This document shows positions 18,552 through 25,909 of a stretch of DNA of 32,000 nt, piece by piece. The stretch's first letter is position 1, and each line of letters begins with the position of its first letter. The DNA comes from Verrucomicrobiota bacterium (lineage in GTDB: Bacteria > Verrucomicrobiota > Verrucomicrobiia > Opitutales > Opitutaceae). The stretch lies in contig JAEYUW010000029.1 in NCBI GenBank assembly GCA_023432225.1, forward strand, positions 43,027 to 75,026. The letters run 5' to 3'. The notes under the pieces are model-generated. The model made no database searches, was not told the DNA's origin, and saw only the letters and a program-made list of their open reading frames with translations. A program made the position numbers and the translations under genes.

Positions 18552-19139
18552 ATGAAATTCCGCGCGTTCCTCGCGAGCACTTTACTTTGCTTTCTACTGG
18601 TCACGCTGCACGCCGTCGATCCGGAGATCTATTTCTCCCGCTCCGATCCCGTCGCGAGCGTTGTCCTCCGCGAGATCAACAGTGCGAAGAAGAGCATCCA
18701 CTTGCTGATGTATGCGCTGACCGACGCGGACATCGCCAACGCCCTCGTCGCCGCCTCCAAGCGCGGCGTCGATGTTCGGATCGTTTTCGATCGCACCCAG
18801 GGAGCGGAGAAAAACTCATTATCCGACGAACTCATCGCACAACTCGGCGCCAAGCGGGCCGTCTATCGTTACGGCAAGGGGCGCGGCGTGATGCATGAAA
18901 AGATGGCCGTCTTCGACGGCATGACCGTCACGCTCGGCAGCTACAACTGGACGAACAACGCCAAGGCGAACAACTGGGAGAATCTGATCATCCTGCGCGA
19001 TGCGCGCCTGGCGGCCGAATGCACCGCGGAATTTGTCCGCGTTTGGCAGAGTCCCGAGCCCAAGACACCGAGCCCCAGCGAGGCGAAGCCCAAGGCCGCC
19101 ACCGAGCCGAAGTCGAAGGCCAAAGCCAACGCCCGCTGA
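18552..19139 (+). CDS. Secreted single-HKD phospholipase D superfamily protein (Nuc-like endonuclease type)
   Basis: Start is the ATG at 18552 (MKFRAFLASTLLCFLLVTLHA, signal peptide). HEKMAVFDGMTVTLGSYNWT fits HxK(x)4D(x)6GSxN. It has a Lys/Pro/Ala-rich C-terminal tail. Confidence 0.85.
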   Translation: MKFRAFLASTLLCFLLVTLHAVDPEIYFSRSDPVASVVLREINSAKKSIHLLMYALTDADIANALVAASKRGVDVRIVFDRTQGAEKNSLSDELIAQLGAKRAVYRYGKGRGVMHEKMAVFDGMTVTLGSYNWTNNAKANNWENLIILRDARLAAECTAEFVRVWQSPEPKTPSPSEAKPKAATEPKSKAKANAR

Positions 19140-19196
19140 GTCACGCCTGACTCAAAGCTTTCCTCGGCCAAGGAAACCGTTTCAGTCAGGCGACCC

Positions 19197-20063
19197 ATGT
19201 CGTCTCTCGCCCCTCATCAGATCGCCGTCTACGCACTAGAGGTGGCCATGTTGCTGGTGGGAGCCTGGCTCCTCGCACGCGGCTTGGGCGCGCCGGAACA
19301 TCGCACGCGGCTCTTCGACCGCTGCCGGCTCGCGCACTGGGAGCTGAACGGCGCCGAGGTGACGTTTCTTGTCCTTACTATTTTCTTCTGCGGAATCATC
19401 GGCCAGCTCGCGGCGCAGCAACTATTCAGCGACACCATCAAAGACTCGCCGCAGCGCGCGGGACTCGAGGTGGTGCTCTACGGCGTCGGTTTCCATGGGA
19501 TTGGACTGCTCGGCTGGCCGCTCTTCCGCATCCTGCGTCGAGCGCTGCACACGAATTACGGCGCGCCGCCTCCCGCCTCGATCGAGTTTCGTCGCGAGCC
19601 GGCAACGAAAGTATTCGTCCACGCCTTTTCGGCCTTCCTCATCGCCCTGCCGGTGATCGCGCTCACCAGCTTCGCGTGGAACATCGTCCTGCGTTTGCTC
19701 GGCTTGCCGAACGAGCCGCAGGACCTGCTCGCGGTGTTCAACGGGGTGCAATCAAAGCCGCTTCTTGCGGCCATGCTTTTCGTCGCGTGCGTCCTCGCGC
19801 CGTTGAACGAAGAACTGCTCTTCCGCGGCGCCATCTTCCGCTTCTGCCGCCAACGCTTCGGCCGCGCCATGGCTCTCCTCATCAGCGGCGTGCTCTTTGG
19901 CGCGCTGCATGGTAATTGGGCCAGCTTGGTGCCCCTGGCGGTGCTCGGCGCGGTGCTCGCACTGGCTTACGAACGCACCGGCGACATCCGCGTCCCTATC
20001 GTCGCCCATGGTCTGTTCAACCTGAACACGCTCGTGATCCTCCTGTCGGGTCTCAACGTATGA
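19197..20063 (+). CDS. CPBP family intramembrane glutamic endopeptidase (CAAX protease / Abi-type)
   Basis: Track ORF, 288 aa. Polytopic membrane protein with motifs NEELLFRGAIF, FGALHG and VAHGLFN. Confidence 0.88.
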   Translation: MSSLAPHQIAVYALEVAMLLVGAWLLARGLGAPEHRTRLFDRCRLAHWELNGAEVTFLVLTIFFCGIIGQLAAQQLFSDTIKDSPQRAGLEVVLYGVGFHGIGLLGWPLFRILRRALHTNYGAPPPASIEFRREPATKVFVHAFSAFLIALPVIALTSFAWNIVLRLLGLPNEPQDLLAVFNGVQSKPLLAAMLFVACVLAPLNEELLFRGAIFRFCRQRFGRAMALLISGVLFGALHGNWASLVPLAVLGAVLALAYERTGDIRVPIVAHGLFNLNTLVILLSGLNV

Positions 20064-21019
20064 AACTGTTCACGCCGCTCCGCACCGAGTCCGTCGTCGC
20101 TCTGGGCGAACAGCGGCTGATCGTCGAGCTGCGCCATTGGCTCGGCAACGCGTCGCCCAAGGCGCCGTTTGGCATCGGTGACGACTGCGCCGTCGTGCCT
20201 TCGAGTGGCAAGCAGATGCTCATCACCACCGATCCGGTGATCTACGGTCAGCATTTCGACGACGCCGTGCCCGCACGCGCCGTCGGCGCCAAACTGCTCA
20301 AGCGCAACCTCAGCGACATCGCCGCGATGGGCGGCCGCCCGATCGCCGCCGTGCTCTCGCTCGCGCTCGCGGCGGACACGAGCGTGGCGTGGCTGCGCGA
20401 ATTCTACCTCGGCATCGCAACGGCAGCGCGCCAGTTCAACGTCAAGATCGTCGGCGGCGATATCACGCAAGGGCCGGCCGGATTTTTCGGCGCGTTCCTG
20501 ACGCTGCACGGCGAAGCGGCCGGCCAACGCGTCGTCACTCGCGGCGGCGCCATGCCCGGCGATCGCATCTACGTGACGGGCACACTCGGCGGCTCCCTGC
20601 TCGGCCATCACTACAAGTTCACCCCGCGCCTTACCGAAGGCATGTGGCTCGCCCGCCGCAGCGAAGTCTGCGCGATGATGGATGTGAGCGATGGCTTGGC
20701 CAAGGACCTCGACTCACTGACGCCCGCAGGCCTCGCGCCCGCCCTCCGCGAAGAAGTCGTGCCGATCAGCGCGGCGGCGCGCCGCTGCGCCACGCAAACG
20801 AAGCAGACGCCGCTCTTTCACGCGCTCGGTGATGGAGAGGACTACGAATTACTCATCGTGGTCTGCTACCGCGCCGACCAAAAGAAGTTCGAGGCCGCGT
20901 GGAGAAAGCGTTTTCCACGCCTGCGGCTCACGCAGATCGGCGTCTTCGTGAAGAAGGAAAACATGCCCGCCGGCGCCGTGCGCCTGCTCGATTACAGCGG
21001 CTATGAGCATCTGCGCTAA
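20060..21019 (+). CDS. thiL: Thiamine-monophosphate kinase
   Basis: Start is the ATG at 20060 (MKLFTPLRTESVVALGEQRLIVEL...), residue 49 of track ORF 19916..21019. It forms an ATGA overlap with the CPBP stop. GIGDDCAVV and the AIR-synthase-like fold motifs are present. Confidence 0.9.
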   Translation: MKLFTPLRTESVVALGEQRLIVELRHWLGNASPKAPFGIGDDCAVVPSSGKQMLITTDPVIYGQHFDDAVPARAVGAKLLKRNLSDIAAMGGRPIAAVLSLALAADTSVAWLREFYLGIATAARQFNVKIVGGDITQGPAGFFGAFLTLHGEAAGQRVVTRGGAMPGDRIYVTGTLGGSLLGHHYKFTPRLTEGMWLARRSEVCAMMDVSDGLAKDLDSLTPAGLAPALREEVVPISAAARRCATQTKQTPLFHALGDGEDYELLIVVCYRADQKKFEAAWRKRFPRLRLTQIGVFVKKENMPAGAVRLLDYSGYEHLR

Positions 21020-21440
21020 GCTTCGCGCCGGCATCACGACGGAGTCGGCTGAAGCCACGCGGCGGCTCGCCGCCGAATTTGCGGCCACGCTGCCGCCGGA
21101 CACGACGCTCGCCCTGCACGGCGACATGGGCGTCGGCAAGACGACGTTCGTGCAGGGCCTCGCCGAAGGTCTCGGCGTGCACGAGCACGTCACGAGCCCG
21201 ACGTTCTCGATCTACACCGTCTATCGCGGCGAAGGCCGCATGCTGGTGCACGTCGACGCTTATCGGCTCGACCGCGACGACCAAATGGAAGGCCTGCTGC
21301 TCGACGAGTTTCTCGTCAGTCCGTGGGTGCTCGCGATCGAGTGGCCGGAAAAAATCGCCGGCTGGATTCCCGCGAACGCCCGGCACGTGACGCTCTCGAT
21401 CGTCGACGGCGACAAGCACCACGTGCAGATGGCACCGTAA
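21003..21440 (+). CDS. tsaE: tRNA threonylcarbamoyladenosine (t6A) biosynthesis protein TsaE
   Basis: Track ORF, 145 aa. LHGDMGVGKTTFVQGL P-loop and TSPTFSIY motif. It overlaps the thiL 3' end by 17 nt. Confidence 0.9.
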   Translation: MSICAKLRAGITTESAEATRRLAAEFAATLPPDTTLALHGDMGVGKTTFVQGLAEGLGVHEHVTSPTFSIYTVYRGEGRMLVHVDAYRLDRDDQMEGLLLDEFLVSPWVLAIEWPEKIAGWIPANARHVTLSIVDGDKHHVQMAP

Positions 21441-21455
21441 TGGGAGGACGCCGCT

Positions 21456-21480
21456 GTAGGGCTCGACCTTGCGTCGAGCC
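21456..21480. repeat. REP-like hairpin, GTAGGG-headed variant
   Basis: GTAGGGCTCGACCTTGCGTCGAGCC with an 8-bp stem GGCTCGAC/GTCGAGCC. It lies between the convergent tsaE and P-loop NTPase genes. Confidence 0.6.
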
Positions 21481-21539
21481 TCGTGCGCGCTCGCGCCACT
21501 GGCCGCGTTCGCGGCCGAGGCCTCACGCGAGGTGAGGTC

Positions 21540-22025
21540 CTACAATGATGGCGACTGTGTGATTTCGCGCTTCGGTCCCGCGTAGCGGTCGAAAATCTCG
21601 CGGTGGCCGCGCAGTGACATCACACCTTCCCGCGTGTAGTAGGCTCGCACCCATTCGAGCAGGCAGTCGAGGTGTGCGTCCTGCGCCTCTTTCGTCTTCC
21701 ACTTGTGCGGCTCCCACGCCCGACCGCGACATTGGCGCACGCAGTCGGCCTCGGAAAGATTCAGGAAGATCAATTCGACTGTGCCATCGAGCACGGCTTC
21801 GGCGAGGTCGCCGTAGCAGCCCTCGATGACCCACGACGTGTTCGTCGCGCAAAATGCCCGCACATCGCGCACGGCGTGGTCGGACGCGCGCGGTGAGGCC
21901 GGCTTGCCCGGCTCCCAAGCGATGGTGTCGAGGTCCAACACCGGCGCGCCGCACTCGGTGGCGATGCGCCGTGCGAGCGTGGATTTGCCGGAGCCGGCGT
22001 TGCCGATGATCGCGACGCGACGCAT
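21540..22025 (-). CDS. P-loop NTPase, adenylate-kinase-like (topology-modulation/FlaR-like AAA family)
   Basis: ATG at 22025 (MRRVAIIGNAGSGKSTLARRIA...). The track ORF begins 2 codons earlier at a TTG (22031). Small protein of about 161 aa with an N-terminal Walker A. Confidence 0.8.
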   Translation of the reverse strand: MRRVAIIGNAGSGKSTLARRIATECGAPVLDLDTIAWEPGKPASPRASDHAVRDVRAFCATNTSWVIEGCYGDLAEAVLDGTVELIFLNLSEADCVRQCRGRAWEPHKWKTKEAQDAHLDCLLEWVRAYYTREGVMSLRGHREIFDRYAGPKREITQSPSL

Positions 22026-22041
22026 CAGCAAAGATGACTGC

Positions 22042-22095
22042 GGTGAAACGCGTCGACCTCAACGAGCTTGGAGCGGATTGAGGTCAATCCGCTCC
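22042..22095. repeat. Palindromic repeat, copy B, with two overlapping hairpins
   Basis: GGTGAAACGCGTCGACCTCAACG (22042-22064) matches copy A at 21 of 23 positions. GGAGCGGATT (22070-22079) / AATCCGCTCC (22086-22095) forms a 10-bp perfect stem. GACCTCAA (22055-22062) can alternatively pair with TTGAGGTC (22078-22085). Confidence 0.7.
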
Positions 22096-22134
22096 GTCTC
22101 CGGCAGAGTCGCGTCGAAGCAACTCGCAACGCGG

Positions 22135-24159
22135 TCAAGAGCCGGCAGGCGGTTCGGCCTTCGGCTGCTCCTCGGCCGGAGCTTCCGGCGCAGGAGTCGG
22201 CTCGGCGACCGGGGCTGAAGCTTCGGCAGCGGGAGCAGGCTCGCTCGGTGCAACGGCCGGCGTTTCCTCCGCGGGCGCGGCGGCGGCTTCCGCCACCGGC
22301 GCTTCGGGGAAGTCGACCGGGTCGTGCTCCTCACCATGCTCGTCGGCCTTCTTGCCGGCTTGCGGCGTGATCGGCGGCGGCGCGAAGAGTTTGCCGTCGG
22401 AGAACTCGGTGACGTAGCCCTCCATGACGAGCCAGCGCAGGTCCTGGTTCATCTTGCGCAGCTTGTCGGCCTGCTCGGGCGCCAGGGCCGCGAACGGCGA
22501 CTGCGACGTCGTCGCGCCTTCGGCCGGGGCGGGTGCCGCCGCGGCAATGGCCGCGACGTCGACGCCGAGGAATTTCTGCGGCAGGTCCTTCACGTGCATC
22601 ATCGGGTTCTTCTCGATGAAATCGATGAGCGCACCGATCGTCTCGGAGAACACCTGGCCGGGCACGCGGAAGCGGCGCTTCACGGCGCACACATAGGAGA
22701 CACCGCGCGAACCCTTCTTGAAGATCGTGAAACCTTCGCGGCGCAGGCGACCGCGCAGCGCGTTGGCCGTGTCGAGCGGGAAACGGCGCTGGCGCTCCAC
22801 GTGGCCCTCGACGGCGCGTTTGATTTCGCCGGGCGGGAGCGTCTCGATGAGCTTGCCGTGGAAACGGACGTTCTCGACGGCGCGAACAACTTTCTCCTTC
22901 ACGTTCGTGAGCAGGTAAGCGCGTGCTTCGTCGATCGAGTCGAAGCTCGGACCGGCGGGCGCGGCTTCCGGAGCGGGAGCCGCCACAGCCTCAGGCACCG
23001 GAGTCGGCGCGGCCTCAGCGGACGGCGTCGCTGCCGCAGCCGGATCGACCGCGGCAGAGCCTTCGACTGGAGTTGCAACCGCGGGAGCGGAAGCAGGCGC
23101 GGCAGGCTTGGTGAGTTTCGGATTCCACGTGTAGCGCGTGGCCTTCTTCATTTTGTCCATCCATTGCTGGACGACTTCCGGCTCACGCGAAGAGACGATG
23201 CTGTCGCGGAATTTCTCGAACGGCATGCGGCCGAGCCGCGTGGCGTGGTGCTGCTGGAGAATCTGCTGATACTTGTGGTAGTTCGGCGGTCCGAGCAGTT
23301 CGCCGGTGATGCCGCACTTGTTGATGATCGGGAAATTACCCTTCGGCGCTTCGATCTCGACGTCGGCCGTGTCGAAGAAATTCGCGAGGTGATTCTTCAG
23401 CACGTGCTGGATCGCGGCCTCTTCCGTGTCGAACGGCAGATGATCCGGAATCGTCATGAACAGCGGACCGGGCTTCGCCGCAGCGGCTTCGCCTTCGGCG
23501 GGCGCAGCGGATTTTTCCGGCGCCTTGCGCTGCACCACGACGACGAAGCGGTCGTTCTTTTCGAGGACGGCCTTGGTGATTTCGAAAAGCTGAAACGTGC
23601 GGCAGGACGCGCGCACGGCCTTCACCATCGCGGCGAAGCCGGTGTCCTCGGGATAGCACGTCGCGACGAAATACGGGCTGATATACGGGCCGCGCTCCAT
23701 CGGCGCGCCACGCTCGCCACCCCATTCGCGACGTTCGCCGCCGCGGAAATCGCGACGCTCGCCGCGATCACCGCCGCCGGGACCGCTGCGGAAATCACGT
23801 CGCGGGCCACCGCGGAAACCGTCGCCGCGCGGCGGACGATTCTCGCCCTGCGGTCCGCCGAAGCGACGCTCGCCTTCGGGCGCTTGCGGAGCGGCCGCGC
23901 CGCCCTCGCCTGCCGGCGCGCCCGCGGGCTTGCGGAAGCCGCGGCGATCGCGTGGTGCGCCGCCAGGACCTCCGCGGAAACCGTCGTCGCGCCGGTCGCG
24001 GCGTTCGCCACCGCGATCGTCGCGCTCGCGACGACCGCCGGGGCCGACGGGTTTAACTTCGGTCCATTGGGTGCCGAAGGTGAAGCTCTGCAGCTGCGAG
24101 AGGTCGATTTTATTCAGACCCTCGTCGTTGCTTTCGGGGGCGGGCTTTTGGTCGTCCAT
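22135..24159 (-). CDS. Modular protein of unknown function: RGG/RG-rich disordered N-region, several folded modules, Ala/Pro-rich linkers and tail
   Basis: Track ORF, 674 aa, ATG at 24159 (MDDQKPAPES...). It contains GFRGGPGG, GFRGGPRR and DFRGGERR repeats. Non-repetitive segments such as PYISPYFVATCYPEDTGFAAMVKAV and FPLDTANALRGRLRREGFTIFKKG argue for a real gene. I recognise no family. Confidence 0.75.
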   Translation of the reverse strand: MDDQKPAPESNDEGLNKIDLSQLQSFTFGTQWTEVKPVGPGGRRERDDRGGERRDRRDDGFRGGPGGAPRDRRGFRKPAGAPAGEGGAAAPQAPEGERRFGGPQGENRPPRGDGFRGGPRRDFRSGPGGGDRGERRDFRGGERREWGGERGAPMERGPYISPYFVATCYPEDTGFAAMVKAVRASCRTFQLFEITKAVLEKNDRFVVVVQRKAPEKSAAPAEGEAAAAKPGPLFMTIPDHLPFDTEEAAIQHVLKNHLANFFDTADVEIEAPKGNFPIINKCGITGELLGPPNYHKYQQILQQHHATRLGRMPFEKFRDSIVSSREPEVVQQWMDKMKKATRYTWNPKLTKPAAPASAPAVATPVEGSAAVDPAAAATPSAEAAPTPVPEAVAAPAPEAAPAGPSFDSIDEARAYLLTNVKEKVVRAVENVRFHGKLIETLPPGEIKRAVEGHVERQRRFPLDTANALRGRLRREGFTIFKKGSRGVSYVCAVKRRFRVPGQVFSETIGALIDFIEKNPMMHVKDLPQKFLGVDVAAIAAAAPAPAEGATTSQSPFAALAPEQADKLRKMNQDLRWLVMEGYVTEFSDGKLFAPPPITPQAGKKADEHGEEHDPVDFPEAPVAEAAAAPAEETPAVAPSEPAPAAEASAPVAEPTPAPEAPAEEQPKAEPPAGS

Positions 24160-24344
24160 GAAGGGCGGAGAAACGGGTGTGATTACCCGGTGGGAGTCGG
24201 TTTACTGGCTTGGTGTTCCGTGGGCTACAGTCGTGCCACACGGAAGCCGGAGTGTCCGGGTGCAGAAAGTTCAACGCAAGCGCATTTCAGTGCTTTACAA
24301 GGGTTCGGCGATTTACCTAATTCGCCCTTCCGTTCTCGGAAATC

Positions 24345-24426
24345 GCTCAGGTGGTGGAATTGGTAGACACACACGTTTGAGGTGCGTGTGCCGTAAGGCG
24401 TGGGGGTTCGAGTCCCCCCCTGAGCA
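24345..24426 (+). tRNA. tRNA-Leu (anticodon GAG), long variable arm, CCA not encoded
   Basis: Acceptor GCTCAGG/CCTGAGC, D region GTGGAATTGGTAGACAC, anticodon stem CACGT/GCGTG with loop TTGAGGT, variable arm TGCCGTAAGGCGT, T arm GGGGG-TTCGAGT-CCCCC. Confidence 0.92.
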
Positions 24427-24473
24427 CTCCGGAATCCGCGGTTAGCGGTCCTTTCCAAGACGAACTGACGCGA

Positions 24474-25445
24474 GTGCGATTTGACCCCGCAACGCTTTTC
24501 GCGGATCGTCCCCGCCGCTCCATGCAGCCGAACGCCCTCGCTCAAGCCCTGCTCGAATCCTACGCCCGCGACGGCGGCATCAACCACCTCGACGGCCCCA
24601 ATCTCCCCTCGCAGGACTGCGTCGCCGAGATCGCGCGCGACTTCATGCACGTGCTGTTCCCGGGCTTTTTCGAGGCGAGCTCGCTGAAGCAAGCTGACAT
24701 CGAATCGTGGCTCACGCCGCAGCTGGCAAAAATCGCCCGCAACCTTCGCGCGGAAATCGAGAAGTCGCTCCGTTTCGCCGGCGATAACGACCCCGTCGGT
24801 CACGCCGAACGCGCCACCGCTACCACGCTCGCGCGCCTCCCGGATATCCGCCGCATCATCCAGACCGACGTCAACGCCGCCTACACCGGCGACCCGGCCG
24901 CGCGCAGTTTCGAGGAAATCATCCTCGCCTACCCGTCCGTGCTCGTCGTGTCGCTGCAGCGCATCGCCAATGTCCTCTACCGCGAAGGCGTGCCGCTGCT
25001 GCCGCGCATGATCACGGAGTTCGCGCACGAACGCACGGGCGTCGACATCCATCCCGGAGCGACGATCGGCACGCACTTCTTCATCGACCACGGCACCGGC
25101 GTCGTCATCGGCGAAACCGCGGTCATCGGCAACCACGTCAAAATCTACCAGGGCGTCACGCTCGGCGCGAAATCGTTCGAGGTCGACGCCAGCGGCCAGC
25201 CCATCAAGGGCGTGAAGCGCCACCCGCAGATCGACGACCACGTCACCATCTACGCTCACGCCACGATTCTCGGCGGCACGACGGTCATCGGCGCAAACTC
25301 GGTCGTCGGCGCGAACGTCTGGCTGCTCGACTCGATTCCTGCGAACAGCATCGCCTACTATCAGGACACGAACCTCATCGTTCGCCCGCGCCGCACGCGC
25401 GAGGCGGTGCTCGGCGGCATCGAGGATTTCGATTGGTCGATCTGA
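24474..25445 (+). CDS. cysE: Serine O-acetyltransferase (long, EpsC-like form)
   Basis: Track ORF, 323 aa, GTG at 24474. An ATG at 24522 (MQPNALAQ) is an equally plausible start. Left-handed beta-helix hexapeptide region DIHPGATIGTHFFIDHGTGVVIGETAVIGNHVKIYQGVTLG. Confidence 0.88.
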   Translation: MRFDPATLFADRPRRSMQPNALAQALLESYARDGGINHLDGPNLPSQDCVAEIARDFMHVLFPGFFEASSLKQADIESWLTPQLAKIARNLRAEIEKSLRFAGDNDPVGHAERATATTLARLPDIRRIIQTDVNAAYTGDPAARSFEEIILAYPSVLVVSLQRIANVLYREGVPLLPRMITEFAHERTGVDIHPGATIGTHFFIDHGTGVVIGETAVIGNHVKIYQGVTLGAKSFEVDASGQPIKGVKRHPQIDDHVTIYAHATILGGTTVIGANSVVGANVWLLDSIPANSIAYYQDTNLIVRPRRTREAVLGGIEDFDWSI

Positions 25446-25462
25446 GGCGCCCCAGGCAAGTG

Positions 25463-25594
25463 CCCGCGAATTGCGCGAATTCGCGCGAACGAGAATCGCC
25501 GATCCTCTGCTTCACCGAGCAGCGACGGCATCGATCGGACGAAGAAAAGGAATTTTTCCGCTCTGCATTCGCGACTATTCGCGCAATTCGCGGG
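25463..25594. repeat. Inverted repeat pair built from tandem CGCGAAT 9-mers, enclosing about 70-95 nt with no ORF
   Basis: CCCGCGAATTGCGCGAAT (25463-25480) is the exact reverse complement of ATTCGCGCAATTCGCGGG (25577-25594). Each arm continues imperfectly with a third 9-mer (TCGCGCGAA on the left, TTCGCGACT on the right). Confidence 0.75.
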
Positions 25595-25909
25595 AGGCCT
25601 TCCGAAAAAGTTCGGCTGAGCGCGCATGTTGCACCGCCACGGAGCAGACATTCCAGCCTCCTCACGCCGGCTACGACGAAATTACGGACAGCACACCCCG
25701 TGATGCGGTTGCACGCTGGCGAGCCCATGCGCCACCGGCAGGCAAGTTGCGCGACGAGCGCGTCCCCATGCTGCGCGAGCTGGTGGTCGTCGCTGCCCCA
25801 GCGACGACAGACACGTGTCCGCGAGAGGGTGCCGAAACCGTTACCTCCTGATCGGCAACGTGCGTTCGGCGCCGCTGAGGACAGGCGCCCACCTTGGCTG
25901 CCCGCGAAC

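Noticed and set aside
19140-20059. TPP riboswitch upstream of thiL
   Set aside because: The thiL start overlaps the CPBP stop codon (ATGA), so there is no leader. The structured 19139-19192 spacer lacks the CUGAGA / ACCUGA-type conserved cores.
24294-24323. Sigma70-like promoter for tRNA-Leu (TTTACA, 18 nt, TAATTC)
   Set aside because: It is plausible by position, but the -10 element is weak and the promoter consensus for this lineage is unknown to me. I did not report it as a feature.
22324-24366. 680-aa plus-strand ORF opposite the RGG-rich protein gene
   Set aside because: Its composition is dominated by Arg/Ala/Gly/Leu, and it would run through tRNA-Leu (24345-24426). The minus-strand frame has diverse, globular-looking segments and a clean ATG start.
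24225-25259. 344-aa minus-strand ORF opposite cysE
   Set aside because: It is antisense to a clear hexapeptide-repeat acetyltransferase, overlaps tRNA-Leu, and its translation is Asp/Arg/Gly/Val-biased.
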